64,000 nt of DNA, taken from positions 43,644 through 107,643 of the forward strand of contig JBDTUT010000008.1 of NCBI GenBank assembly GCA_040007515.1, in the 5' to 3' direction. Below the pieces are notes generated by a model. The model saw only the letters and a program-made list of their open reading frames with translations. It searched no databases and was not told the origin of the DNA. Shown here in pieces: positions 28,013 through 40,191 of this stretch (position 1 is its first letter; the number at the start of each line of letters is the position of its first letter). This stretch comes from Acidobacteriota bacterium. Lineage in GTDB: Bacteria; Acidobacteriota; Blastocatellia; Pyrinomonadales; Pyrinomonadaceae. Position numbers and translations under genes: made by a program.

Positions 28013-29143
28013 ATGAAGTCATTTAGAAACACCCTTTTTTGGGTCCACCTTATCTGCGGCCTCGCGGCAGGTATCGTTATTTTCATCATGTGCGTCACCG
28101 GTGCCGCTCTGGCATTCGAAAAGGACATTCTTGAGTTTGCGGAACGAGACGTTCGAACGATACGGCCGTCAGCGGGAGCGGACCGGATGCCCATCTCAGC
28201 GATATTAGGTGCTGTAAAAGAGGTGAGGCCGGATTCCAAACCGACCTCGATCGCTATAGCGGATGACGTCAATGCCGCACTGACTATCGCATTGGGCCGC
28301 GAAGGTTCGGTTTACGCCGATCCTTACACCGGAACGGTTAGGGAAGCGAGCTCATCGTCGGTTCGATCTTTTTTCAGGACGATGACCGACCTTCACCGTT
28401 ATATCGCAATGTCTGGCGACGGACGCGCGGTCGGGAAAGGATTGACGGGGGCGGCCAATATGATTTTTTTGTTCCTTGCACTTTCAGGGTTGTATATCTG
28501 GTGGCCGAAGAGCTTGGAATGGCGTCGGCTTCGCCCGTTATTGTGGTTTCGCCGCGGAGCGAAAGGGAAGGCCCGCGATTTCAACTGGCACACGACGATC
28601 GGGTTTTGGTGTTCCGCGGTCCTGGTGGTCCTCACGCTGACGGCCACGGTAATCTCGTATCAGTGGGCTGGCAATCTAATCTATAAGCTGACTGGGAACC
28701 CGCCGCCGCCGGCCGCCGGGCCGCCTTCCGCCCCAGCGGCCGAGACACAGCACGAACTGCCCGCGAACATCGACACGTTGTGGGAAACCGCCCAAAATCA
28801 CACTCAGGATTGGAAGTCGATCAGCATGCGGCTTCCGGCCGGAAAGGACGCGGTGTTTACTATCGATGAGGGCACTTCCTGGAATATTTTCGGCCGCTCG
28901 TCGCTCACACTCGACACCGCTTCGGGCCAAGTCGCGAAATGGGAGCCTTACTCGGAACAGAATTCCGGGCGGCAGTTACGCACTTGGATACGGTTCACTC
29001 ACACGGGCGAGACGGGCGGCTGGCTCGGAAAGCTCATCGCGTTCGCCGCGTGCGTCGGCGGGGCATTTTTGGTGTACACGGGATTTTCGCTTGCACTTCG
29101 GCGGTTCGCCAACTGGAAGACCCGAAGGCAAACGGCCGCCTGA
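28013..29143 (+). CDS. PepSY-associated TM-helix protein (PiuB-like)
   Basis: FWVHLICGLAAGIVIFIMCVTGAALAFE N-terminal signature. Four TM helices. Divergent from the siderophore receptor gene. Confidence 0.8.
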   Translation: MKSFRNTLFWVHLICGLAAGIVIFIMCVTGAALAFEKDILEFAERDVRTIRPSAGADRMPISAILGAVKEVRPDSKPTSIAIADDVNAALTIALGREGSVYADPYTGTVREASSSSVRSFFRTMTDLHRYIAMSGDGRAVGKGLTGAANMIFLFLALSGLYIWWPKSLEWRRLRPLLWFRRGAKGKARDFNWHTTIGFWCSAVLVVLTLTATVISYQWAGNLIYKLTGNPPPPAAGPPSAPAAETQHELPANIDTLWETAQNHTQDWKSISMRLPAGKDAVFTIDEGTSWNIFGRSSLTLDTASGQVAKWEPYSEQNSGRQLRTWIRFTHTGETGGWLGKLIAFAACVGGAFLVYTGFSLALRRFANWKTRRQTAA

Positions 29144-29235
29144 TCATGACGGCCGTCTTATAATGATTCATTAAAACCGGCATCGGCTAAAGCGTTTTCG
29201 CGTTTATTCGCGGGAGCGCTTATTCTTTAATTCGC

Positions 29236-30498
29236 ATGCCGTCATTGACCTACAGGGAACTGCTCGCGGGCAACCGTAATTTTCGGAATTTGCTCGCAGG
29301 GCAGGTGATATCCGAACTCGGCAACTGGTTCAATTTTATTGCCGGGCTTGGTCTAGTGCGTCTCGTGTCGGACGCCTCGCCGACGGCGGCGGGCATATTC
29401 TTTGTCTGCCGGCTTCTGCCGTTTGCCTTTGCGTCGCCGATTGCGGGAACGCTCGTCGACCGGTTTTCGCGGCGGCAGGTAATGATCGCGATGGACCTCG
29501 CACGCGTCGTCGTCGCGTTAATGTATTTGCTGGTGTCCAGTCCGGAGACACTGTGGGTGGCGTACACGGCAACGATACTCCTCTCTACAGCGGGAGCGTT
29601 TTTCGAAGGCGCAAAAAATGCGGCGACACCGAACCTTACGGGAAGGGACGGACTGCTTGCCGGCACGGCGTTGATGTTCTCGAGCAGATTTCTCCTGATG
29701 GCGGTCGGCTCGGCACTCGGCGGATGGGCGGCTGCGGCGTTCGGTTACAAGGTCGCGTTTCTGATAAACGCGGTTTCCTTCCTCGTTTCGGCATATACGG
29801 TTTGGCTGATTCCCGAAGAAGCTACTCGTGACGAATTATCAGCCGACCGAATGTCCGGGAATGCGACGCGCGAGTCGTTTATGACTGAACTCCGCGAAGG
29901 GTTCAATTACACATTAACAAACCGGCTTGCCCTTACGATCCTGATCATGAACGTGATCTGGGCGACCGGCGGCGGAGCGATAAATGTCATCTTCGAACGC
30001 GGCGGCGGCATCTATTTCGCAGAGAAGGAACATTGGAACCCCGATATCGCCGTCGCTATTTTATGGACGGCATCCGGATTCGGGTTAACGCTCGGGATGC
30101 TCATCGCCCACCGCACGTCGATCTATCTCGACCGGAAAAGGATCAACCATGCTTTCATTGGCGGATCGCTAATAATTCACGGCGTAGTGTTTTCGATCGC
30201 GGGACTGATGCCGACGCTTTGGCTTTTTGCTGTTTTCACTTTTGTTTCGCGGGTGATCGTGGGGGTCGAGTACGCGGTGCAGGAAACGATGTTCCAGAGG
30301 AGTCTGCCTGATTTTATTCGCGGCCGAATATCGACGCTCGATCGCGGCGCCGAAATGACCATGTTCGGTTTATCGAGTTATTTCGCGAGCGAGGCGATGT
30401 TCTACATTTCGCCAATAACTTTGACGATCGTTTCCGGAATACTTTCGGCAAGCTCTGGTGTTGTGTGGTTTCTGAGAGAAAAGCCCGAGCGGTCTTAG
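29236..30498 (+). CDS. MFS transporter (EntS/MFS_3-like)
   Basis: About 12 predicted TM helices. GTLVDRFSRRQVM loop 2-3 motif. Confidence 0.8.
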   Translation: MPSLTYRELLAGNRNFRNLLAGQVISELGNWFNFIAGLGLVRLVSDASPTAAGIFFVCRLLPFAFASPIAGTLVDRFSRRQVMIAMDLARVVVALMYLLVSSPETLWVAYTATILLSTAGAFFEGAKNAATPNLTGRDGLLAGTALMFSSRFLLMAVGSALGGWAAAAFGYKVAFLINAVSFLVSAYTVWLIPEEATRDELSADRMSGNATRESFMTELREGFNYTLTNRLALTILIMNVIWATGGGAINVIFERGGGIYFAEKEHWNPDIAVAILWTASGFGLTLGMLIAHRTSIYLDRKRINHAFIGGSLIIHGVVFSIAGLMPTLWLFAVFTFVSRVIVGVEYAVQETMFQRSLPDFIRGRISTLDRGAEMTMFGLSSYFASEAMFYISPITLTIVSGILSASSGVVWFLREKPERS

Positions 30499-30500
30499 AC

Positions 30501-31424
30501 TTACGCGGTGACAATAACGGCTTTGGTTCCGGTAAGTTCGGAGAAGTCTTTCGTATAAATCGCATCGACGCGTCGAATCTTTCCGATCACCTGCACGATG
30601 TCTTGGGTCGAGACGAATCCCGTCTCGACGTGCGAGATCGCCCAGTGATGTACGTTCGAAGCTGTACGCAGCGTCTCTTCCAAAAGCCTAAGGTACTGCG
30701 ATTTAGTTTCCACCGGCATCCCGAGCTTGCCGTTGCGCGACGCTTCGACATCGTCCCAAAAGTCGTTTCCGCCGCGGAGCCATTCCTCCCGCCATATCGT
30801 CCGGTCGGCGTTGCCGGCACGGCCGCCGGGTGTCGGCAGCCTGAGAAACATCAGGTCGGCGAAATTCTCGGCGATGAATTCGTCCGGGCTTTTGTTTTGG
30901 CAGGTGTTGTTCTGGCCATTGTTGACCGGCTCGGGCGTCACCGTCCAAAGTCGCCTGAAAACATTCGACAGCGGCCGCCGCAGTTCGAGCGTTTCCGGTG
31001 TGAACGAGCGGGCGTAATCGCCGACCGCCATCACAAGACTCGCGGCCATCGCGAATGCGAAAGGCGAACGCAGCCGATCGAGGTTTTGCCGCGCATTGTC
31101 GAACCACCACGCATCGGTTTCGCCGAACCAATTCCGCAGCGAAGCATTCTGCAGCTTATGCCGCGGGACGTAAATATCTTCCAGCACCGCATTGACGTCG
31201 TCGTCTGAGAGTTTCTCGCTGTTGTTCTGGATCGCGGCCACCGCTTGCGTCCACGCCGACTGAAGCGTGTCATTTGCGAGCACGCGAATGCCGCGGCGTT
31301 TTAGATAAACCCCGAGTTTCGGGTCGCCGGTGAACGGCATCGCGACGGACTTAAATTCTATCCGTCGCAGAATGTTCAGGTCAAAGGCGAGCCAGTTGGC
31401 CGGTGATGTTGGAGTATGCGTCAT
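30501..31424 (-). CDS. hypothetical protein; tentative D12-class (Dam-like) methyltransferase fold with non-canonical motifs
   Basis: MPFTGDP..VLANDTLQSAW resembles Dam EPFVGAGS..ILADINSDLISLY. The DPPY position reads LRLPTP. HHWAISH resembles VLISNHD. 4-nt overlap with the upstream HD-GYP gene. Confidence 0.4.
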   Translation of the reverse strand: MTHTPTSPANWLAFDLNILRRIEFKSVAMPFTGDPKLGVYLKRRGIRVLANDTLQSAWTQAVAAIQNNSEKLSDDDVNAVLEDIYVPRHKLQNASLRNWFGETDAWWFDNARQNLDRLRSPFAFAMAASLVMAVGDYARSFTPETLELRRPLSNVFRRLWTVTPEPVNNGQNNTCQNKSPDEFIAENFADLMFLRLPTPGGRAGNADRTIWREEWLRGGNDFWDDVEASRNGKLGMPVETKSQYLRLLEETLRTASNVHHWAISHVETGFVSTQDIVQVIGKIRRVDAIYTKDFSELTGTKAVIVTA

Positions 31425-32059
31425 CGAGCTTCGTGTTCGGTTTGAATGGCTTCGGCTTCAACGGGGGCACTCGGCGAATAGACTGATTCGTCGACCGACA
31501 GGAACGCTCGAACGACCTCGGGGTCGAATTCGATGCCGGCCCAATCTATCAAGAACTGTTTCGCTTCGATCGCGCCCATTGCGGGCCGCCACGGGCGATC
31601 GACCGTGATCGACGAGTACGAGTCAGCCAGTCTGAGTATTCTGGCGGCAAGCGGGATCTGCGAACTTTCGATCGCGTCGGGGTAGCCACTGCCGTTCCAC
31701 CATTCGTGATGCCAGCGAACAAGCAACTGAACGCCCCGCGAAAATCCGCGTCGTGCCGTCTCCTGTTCGCCGATGACAGGGTGCCGCTGCAAATCGATCC
31801 GCTCGTCGTCGGTTAAACGCCGATGAGCCTTAATGTAGTCGCGCGCCATGATCATCTCGCCGATATCGTGGACAAGGGCGGCCTGCTGCATGAAAAACCT
31901 GTCGTGCGGAGCGAGATTGAACTGTTTGGCGACCGCGTCAGCGATAAGAGCAATGCTCAGCGCGTGGGCGTACGCGTAACCTTCGAACTGGTCAATGCTC
32001 GTCGAAAGGTCCAGAAGTTTCTCGTCAAAGCGTGATGGCGCCGCGGCGGGGTTTTGCAT
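31421..32059 (-). CDS. stand-alone HD-GYP domain protein (putative c-di-GMP phosphodiesterase)
   Basis: HDIGEM (HD) and HHEWWNGSGYPD (HHExxDGxGYP) signatures. No receiver domain. Confidence 0.8.
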   Translation of the reverse strand: MQNPAAAPSRFDEKLLDLSTSIDQFEGYAYAHALSIALIADAVAKQFNLAPHDRFFMQQAALVHDIGEMIMARDYIKAHRRLTDDERIDLQRHPVIGEQETARRGFSRGVQLLVRWHHEWWNGSGYPDAIESSQIPLAARILRLADSYSSITVDRPWRPAMGAIEAKQFLIDWAGIEFDPEVVRAFLSVDESVYSPSAPVEAEAIQTEHEAR

Positions 32060-32125
32060 ATCGTAAGCTTTATACTTTGTTCACCGAAGTATAACAACTG
32101 AGCACGGCAAAACCGAAATCAAACT

Positions 32126-33676
32126 TTACCTTTGTAGGCCGTCGAGTAGGGCTCGTGCCTCTTTATTATTCGGCGCGATCTCAAGAAATCGGGTCAACTC
32201 ACCTTCGGCTCGTTTCTTGAGTTTACGGTCGATAAAAAATTGGGCGAGCATTAAACGGATCTTGGCATTTTGCGGCTCGAGCTTTGCGGCGGCCTGCATT
32301 TCCGATTCGGCCTTGTGCAGCTGGTTCTCGTCATCCGAAAGAGCCTTGCCGTAGTACGCACGGTAAAGAGCGTTTTGCGGGTTGTAATGAACAGCGCGGG
32401 CGAGATATGCGGCCGCGGCCGAATACTCTTCGTCGTTCAGATAATGCAGGCCCTGTTCGAAACTCTCCAGCGCTTGCTCGGACTGCATTCCGTCACCTTC
32501 GAGTACGCCGGCCGCCGCGCGTTTCTCGCGGGTTTCGAGCTCTTTTCTGATCTTGTAATCGTAGGCTTCTCGGGACTCGGGAGTTTTGATGGTTTCGTAG
32601 GCGTGTGCGAGGCCGGTAAAGGCGACCTGTATCCGCCGCAGCCGTTCGCCTGTCTCGCGATGATACCGGTCGGGATGGAAGAGCTTGGCCATTCCGAAAT
32701 ACGCGGTTTTTATCTCCTCTGACCCTGCGTTCTCGGAAATGCCGAGAATGTCGTAATGCGTCTTGGAGTTCTCGACCTGAGCGAGCCATTCGTCGAGTGT
32801 GATCTCAGGCAGTACCGGCTTAAACACAGTCGGCTCGCCCGCTGGTTCTCGTTCCTGCTCGGCCGGTTCGGTACGGTCTTCTACGGCCGTCATCGCTGCA
32901 GCGTCCTTTAATTTAGTGAATCGGGCGGTCTTGATATCAGCGATCTTAGCGTCCGTGAAAGCCTTGTTCCACCCGACGCGCACGATCACGCCGCCGAGCC
33001 ACAAAGCATATAACGCCTGGGCCAGCCCCGATTCGGGCATGTTCAACATACCGCGAAGCTGATCGAACTTGAGCGGAGTATTTCCAAATGCTTCGAGTAC
33101 GCACGCTTCCTGAGGTTGCAGGAGCAGGTCCGCGACATTGTCGATCTGGCGGACGAAAGTTTCGTGAACGCTCTTGAACCGGCTCATCACTGTTTCGCCG
33201 GACACACATCGAGCATAATCGAGCAGGAGCTTGAAGACATCGATGCGATAATTTAGGTCGGAACGCAGCCGGGCCGACGCGCTGAACACCCATTGGCCGT
33301 CCGGCCAGGTGATGGCGTCTATGATGATCTCGGCGATCTGCGAGACGAACGCTTCGCTGATCTCCGCAGAGGCTATCAACCCTTTATTCTGCAGCCACAC
33401 CGCCAATTCCATATCGTTGCCCAAACCGGGGCAGTTGTGCAGATCGGATTGTACGATGCGATTTTCCTTTAATAGTCGATGAAAGAGCCGATGTTCGCGA
33501 ACGTTGGAAACACCGAAGACGATGGCACCGTCGCGAAAGTAGATAATGGTCTTTTTCGTCGCGCGAGCGACGCGCAGCGAGCCGGTCAGTTTGGCTTGAA
33601 CGATCTCGACGATAAGCTCCGCGAACGGATGCGTGCGGAAATCGCCTGAAAGATCTAGGTTGCTTTGCGGAGTCAT
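32126..33676 (-). CDS. DUF4388 / J-domain / TPR protein
   Basis: N-terminal LTGSLRVARATKKTIIYFRDGAIVFGVSN (DUF4388). J domain HYDILGISENAGSEEIKTAYFGMAKLFHPDR (HPD). C-terminal TPRs. Start set at ATG 33676. Confidence 0.75.
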   Translation of the reverse strand: MTPQSNLDLSGDFRTHPFAELIVEIVQAKLTGSLRVARATKKTIIYFRDGAIVFGVSNVREHRLFHRLLKENRIVQSDLHNCPGLGNDMELAVWLQNKGLIASAEISEAFVSQIAEIIIDAITWPDGQWVFSASARLRSDLNYRIDVFKLLLDYARCVSGETVMSRFKSVHETFVRQIDNVADLLLQPQEACVLEAFGNTPLKFDQLRGMLNMPESGLAQALYALWLGGVIVRVGWNKAFTDAKIADIKTARFTKLKDAAAMTAVEDRTEPAEQEREPAGEPTVFKPVLPEITLDEWLAQVENSKTHYDILGISENAGSEEIKTAYFGMAKLFHPDRYHRETGERLRRIQVAFTGLAHAYETIKTPESREAYDYKIRKELETREKRAAAGVLEGDGMQSEQALESFEQGLHYLNDEEYSAAAAYLARAVHYNPQNALYRAYYGKALSDDENQLHKAESEMQAAAKLEPQNAKIRLMLAQFFIDRKLKKRAEGELTRFLEIAPNNKEARALLDGLQR

Positions 33677-33891
33677 TTGATCAGATTGTGGGTAAACTGC
33701 GGTGGAGTGGCCAAGTATCGCCGGCTGCAATGATAGCAGAGTTCCGCCGGCATTGTTAAGGAAATTTCGCGTCCAAACGTGCTTCCTGCGCAATAGAAAT
33801 ATACGCTTGAAAACTTGTGATTTGACAGCCAGTAAGCAAATTGCGACAGTTTCAACAGATCATACCTCGTCGGCCGTTATTTAACCTTAAG

Positions 33892-34632
33892 ATGGGAAAA
33901 GAGATCATAGTAAGAGAGTGCCTAACGCACGGCGAACTCACCGCGTGCGTCGACCTCCAGCGGGCTGTATTTGCACTGCCGGAAGTAGAGCTTTCGCCGG
34001 TACGGCATTTGATCGTGACCAAAAACGCGGGCGGCTTTGCATTGGGTGCATTTGCAGGCGATGAGTTAGTTGGGTTTGTGTTAAGCGTTCCCGCATTTCT
34101 TCGCGGCGATCGCGCGTTTTATTCACACATGACCGCGGTAGCGACGTCGTTCCAGGGGCTTGGCGTCGGTGCGAAACTAAAATGGGAGCAGCGGGAGCGG
34201 GCGCTCGCCGAAGGCGTCAAATTTATCAAGTGGACGTTCGAACCGGGAAAGGCGCGCAACGCTTTCTTTAATCTCGAAAAGCTCGGCGCAGTCATTACCG
34301 AGTATCAGAGGAATTTCTACGGCACCGATTATTCATCCTCAGCCATCGGAAAAAAGATCGGCCTCGACAGCGACAGACTTTTCGCGGAATGGCGTCTGGA
34401 GAGCGAACGCGTGAAGACATTGGCGGACGGCAGAAAGTTCGATGCCGAAGAAGAGCCGTGCGCGTCCATAACGATCCCCGCTGAATGGAATGCACTCATC
34501 GAAAACGATCCGGAAACGGCGGTCACTGAGCTGACGCGGATCAGATCGGAATTCGAGAAGGCGTTTGAAGCAAAAATGCTCTGCCGCCGATTCGGCCGGG
34601 AAAGCAACGCCTATCTGCTTTACAAGGACTGA
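33892..34632 (+). CDS. GNAT-superfamily acetyltransferase-like protein (COG3375-like)
   Basis: FYSHMTAVATSFQGLGVGAKLKWEQRERAL matches the GNAT motif A region (Q/RxxGxG/A). Start at ATG 33892. Confidence 0.55.
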   Translation: MGKEIIVRECLTHGELTACVDLQRAVFALPEVELSPVRHLIVTKNAGGFALGAFAGDELVGFVLSVPAFLRGDRAFYSHMTAVATSFQGLGVGAKLKWEQRERALAEGVKFIKWTFEPGKARNAFFNLEKLGAVITEYQRNFYGTDYSSSAIGKKIGLDSDRLFAEWRLESERVKTLADGRKFDAEEEPCASITIPAEWNALIENDPETAVTELTRIRSEFEKAFEAKMLCRRFGRESNAYLLYKD

Positions 34633-34633
34633 G

Positions 34634-35653
34634 ATGAAGCGCGTTCAAATCGACCCCGACATTCGCAAGGCAAAAACGCTCCCGTCTGATTTTTATACTT
34701 CGCAAACCTATTTCGATCTCGCCAAAGAAAGGATCTTTGGCCGCACATGGCAATTTGTCGGCAATGCCGGTGATGTAAATAATTTAAAACCGGTCACGCT
34801 GCTCGAGGGCCTACTAGACGAACCGCTGCTGATAACGCGGCAAGGCTTGAAGTTGTCGTGTATGTCGAACGTTTGCACACATCGAGGGATGATTCTCGTG
34901 GATAAACCGTGTGAAGGCGATCGCATCCGGTGTGGTTATCACGGGCGGAGATTCAACCTCGACGGCACATTTGTCTCGATGCCGGAATTTGAAGGCGTTG
35001 AAGATTTTCCTTCGGATGCCGATAACTTGCAGTCAGTCGCCTTGAACAAGTGGAACACTTTTTTGTTTGCATCGCTCGAACCGGTCTCTCCCTTTGAGGC
35101 GTTTGTGGCTGGTTCGGAATTTGCGGTCAACGAAACCGATGCCGCAAAATTATCCCTGGTGTCGACACGCGATTACGAGGTCAAGGCTCACTGGGCCCTG
35201 TACTGCGAGAACTATCTCGAGGGATTTCACATACCTTACGTTCACAAATCGCTCAACGAGGTCGTCGACTACGGTACTTATTCGACAGAAACGTTTCGGT
35301 ATTCGAGTATGCAAACCGGATTCGACTCTAACGGTGAGATCGCGGGACGATATTTTTTTATGTTTCCGAACACGATGCTAAATTTTTACCCGTGGGGAAT
35401 ATCGATGAATATTGTTCGGCCGATAAATGCTGATAAAAGCGTCGTTTCGTTTCTCACATATGTTTTGGACGAAACGAAACTCGGCGGCGGGGCCGGTGCG
35501 GACCTGCATCGCGTGGAAATGGAAGACGAAAAAATCGTCGAGAGTGTTCAAAAGGGAATAAGATCACGGTTTTACACGCACGGCCGTTACTCACCGACGC
35601 GCGAGACAGGAACGCATCACTTCCATCGCCTGATCGCCGAGTTTATGGAATAA
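34634..35653 (+). CDS. Rieske [2Fe-2S] non-heme-iron oxygenase alpha-subunit-like protein
   Basis: Rieske ligands CTHRG...CGYHGRRF. Mononuclear iron region EGFHIPYVH. Start at ATG 34634, 2 nt after the previous stop. Confidence 0.8.
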   Translation: MKRVQIDPDIRKAKTLPSDFYTSQTYFDLAKERIFGRTWQFVGNAGDVNNLKPVTLLEGLLDEPLLITRQGLKLSCMSNVCTHRGMILVDKPCEGDRIRCGYHGRRFNLDGTFVSMPEFEGVEDFPSDADNLQSVALNKWNTFLFASLEPVSPFEAFVAGSEFAVNETDAAKLSLVSTRDYEVKAHWALYCENYLEGFHIPYVHKSLNEVVDYGTYSTETFRYSSMQTGFDSNGEIAGRYFFMFPNTMLNFYPWGISMNIVRPINADKSVVSFLTYVLDETKLGGGAGADLHRVEMEDEKIVESVQKGIRSRFYTHGRYSPTRETGTHHFHRLIAEFME

Positions 35654-35692
35654 TGTTTTTGCATTCACAAATTTACTCCTGCCATTCAATAA

Positions 35693-37696
<2,004 letters not shown>

Positions 37697-37748
37697 ATCA
37701 GATTAGTTATAATTGACCATCGAGACCGCTTCGTCGAGCCGTATCTAT

Positions 37749-39047
37749 ATGAACAACTTTTTTACGCAGGGAATTTCGGACGCTGATCCGTTGATCAGCA
37801 AGGCGATCGATAATGAAGTTGCAAGGCAGACTGACGGCCTTGAGCTCATCGCGTCGGAGAATTTTGTGTCAGAGGCCGTGCTCCAGGCGATGGGTACCGT
37901 TTTTACGAACAAATACGCGGAAGGCTATCCGGGCAAACGTTATTACGGCGGCTGCGAGTTCGCGGATGTTGTCGAACAGGCCGCGATCGACCGGGCGAAG
38001 GAGATGTTCGGAGCCGAGCACGCAAACGTCCAGCCTCATTCCGGAGCACAGGCCAACATGGCGGTGCTGATGACGGCTTTGGACCACGGCGACCAGATCC
38101 TGGGGATGAATTTGTCGCACGGCGGGCATTTGACGCACGGCCATCCGCTGAACTTCTCCGGGATCAACTACAAGGTCGCTGATTACGGTGTTTCGCGCGA
38201 GACGGAGCAGATCGACTACGACGAACTACAACGAATCGCCGAAGAGCACAGGCCAAAGCTCTTGATCTGCGGCGCGTCTGCCTACCCACGAACGATCGAT
38301 TTTCAGCGTATCGGCGAGATCGCCCGCAGCGTGAACGCCAAAGTCATGGCGGACATCGCACACATCGCCGGGCTCGTTGCCGTCGGGCTGCATCCATCGC
38401 CCGTTCCGCATTGCGAGTTCGTCACTACGACAACGCACAAAACGCTACGCGGGCCTCGCGGCGGGTTGATCCTTTGCCGTGAAGAGTTTGCGAAGGACGT
38501 CGACCGCAGCGTTTTTCCCGGAATTCAGGGTGGGCCGCTTGTTCATGTAATCGCCGCTAAAGCCGTAGCGTTCGGCGAAGCCCTGCGCGAGGATTTTAAG
38601 ACTTATCAGCAACAGATCATTAACAATGCAAAGGCTTTGGCAGACACGCTTACCGGCGAAGGCCTGCGGCTGGTTTCCGGCGGCACAGACAATCATCTGC
38701 TGCTAGTCGACGTGTTCATGGACGGGAAGGGAATCACGGGGAAGGTCGCTGAAAAGGCTCTCGACGAGGTACACATAACGGCGAACAAGAACACGATCCC
38801 GTTCGACACTAACAAGCCCTTTGTAGCGTCCGGCGTCCGGCTCGGTACGCCGGCGCTTACCACCCGCGGAATGAAGGAAGCCGAAATGGCGAAAATTGGC
38901 GCGATGATCGCCGCGATCATCCGCGAGCCGGAATCCGTCGATGTAAAGGAACGGGTCAAGAAGGAAGTCGCCGAGATCACGGCCGCATTCCCAATGTACC
39001 CGAACCGTCTGCCACGGCCGGCGTCAGGAACAATCTCCGCAGCCTAA
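37749..39047 (+). CDS. glyA: serine hydroxymethyltransferase
   Basis: [26 protein letters not shown]-lysine motif [16 protein letters not shown] 37749 preferred over TTG 37713. Confidence 0.95.
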   Translation: MNNFFTQGISDADPLISKAIDNEVARQTDGLELIASENFVSEAVLQAMGTVFTNKYAEGYPGKRYYGGCEFADVVEQAAIDRAKEMFGAEHANVQPHSGAQANMAVLMTALDHGDQILGMNLSHGGHLTHGHPLNFSGINYKVADYGVSRETEQIDYDELQRIAEEHRPKLLICGASAYPRTIDFQRIGEIARSVNAKVMADIAHIAGLVAVGLHPSPVPHCEFVTTTTHKTLRGPRGGLILCREEFAKDVDRSVFPGIQGGPLVHVIAAKAVAFGEALREDFKTYQQQIINNAKALADTLTGEGLRLVSGGTDNHLLLVDVFMDGKGITGKVAEKALDEVHITANKNTIPFDTNKPFVASGVRLGTPALTTRGMKEAEMAKIGAMIAAIIREPESVDVKERVKKEVAEITAAFPMYPNRLPRPASGTISAA

Positions 39048-39066
39048 AAGCGGTTTACCGTGAATA

Positions 39067-39105
39067 AAAAAGCCCAGGTATTTGTGAATACCCGAGCTTT
39101 TTTAA
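39067..39105. terminator. imperfect hairpin flanked by A- and T-runs; likely bidirectional terminator for convergent glyA and 39123-39743
   Basis: AAAAAGCCCAGGTA-tttgtgaa-TACCCGAGCTTTTTT. 8 of 10 stem positions pair. Confidence 0.45.
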
Positions 39106-39122
39106 TATATCGGCGGACGACG

Positions 39123-39743
39123 CTAGTCGCCTGTTAATTCGTTCTCCGAATCGAACTGGTCCAAAACGTCTCGGGCTTCTTCCGAGTCATACTCGAACGC
39201 CTTTTGTTCCAAAGCATTCGCGACAATATCGGCGTAGAGCGAATCGTCGAGCAGCGGCGTCAATGTCCCCACAGGCAGCAGTGCAAGCGTCTCGTACGCG
39301 ATCGCCCTTATTTGCGGGGCCTCGGTCTGTCGGACGATCTCGGCGATCTCGGCCGCGGAAAAGCGTTCCATCAAGCCGTCAGCAAGTTTGTCGAGATTCT
39401 TATAGTCGTGCTTCGCGATCGCCCTTTCGGCAAGCTGAATAAACACCTCAGCGGACCCGCTCTGGGATTCGAGGACACGAACACAAGTTTCAGCAAGCTG
39501 CTTGATCTCGCCTAATTTCTCAGGGTCGGGCGCCGCCTCAAAATTCTTCGACTGTGCGTCCAATGCTGAAAGTAGGCGGCTTAATTCCCAATCCGCGTGA
39601 GCGTCATACGAAAATTTAGGTGTGGAACTGTTTGAGGAAGACGCGGTAGGAGACTGTAAGACGCCTACCAGCATTTTTTTGGTTATGGGCCGGAGACCTT
39701 CCCAAACATGCGCAACTCCGGTACCAAGATCTTTTATCATCAT
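39123..39743 (-). CDS. hypothetical protein (helical, acidic C-terminus)
   Basis: 206-aa ORF with coding-like composition. No family recognised. Confidence 0.5.
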   Translation of the reverse strand: MMIKDLGTGVAHVWEGLRPITKKMLVGVLQSPTASSSNSSTPKFSYDAHADWELSRLLSALDAQSKNFEAAPDPEKLGEIKQLAETCVRVLESQSGSAEVFIQLAERAIAKHDYKNLDKLADGLMERFSAAEIAEIVRQTEAPQIRAIAYETLALLPVGTLTPLLDDSLYADIVANALEQKAFEYDSEEARDVLDQFDSENELTGD

Positions 39744-39861
39744 GTCAACACTTCAATTTTCGCCCTCAAACGAGTGGTTGTCAAGCATCGTTTTCCGGCG
39801 CCGCAATGCCGGAGAATTGGCCACTCGCTCGCTGTTCTCGTAAGCTTATTAATGGGTAAAG

Positions 39862-40191
39862 TTAGTGAGAAACCGGCCCGGAACCTGCGGACATACGACT
39901 CTCGACGCCGCTGAGAACGGATTCGATCGCTTCTGGATCAGTGCTGTCATAAATCACCTCGACAAGAGCGAACGGCGAACCCGAAAGTCGGCGAAGCTCC
40001 CATGCCTCACAGTCTGGCAGCGACCGTCGCGAAAACCATAGCGCGTCTATCGCTGCCTTTTGGGTAGGTGTGCCTTCGGCCAACTTGGCGACCAGGGGCG
40101 AAAGCGGGGACGAAAACAAAACACGGCGTAGAACCCAGCCGTGCTTTTTGTATTGCTCGATTACCTGGTGAGCGGAATCGGCGTCGATCAT
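39862..40191 (-). CDS. hypothetical protein
   Basis: 109-aa ORF. Its ATG overlaps the upstream lipoprotein gene stop by 4 nt (ATGA). Confidence 0.45.
   Translation of the reverse strand: MIDADSAHQVIEQYKKHGWVLRRVLFSSPLSPLVAKLAEGTPTQKAAIDALWFSRRSLPDCEAWELRRLSGSPFALVEVIYDSTDPEAIESVLSGVESRMSAGSGPVSH

Noticed and set aside
30465-31208. 247-aa plus-strand ORF opposite the Dam-like gene.
   Set aside because: Arg/Pro-rich, low-complexity translation. The minus-strand ORF is translationally coupled to the HD-GYP gene and shows fold-level motifs.
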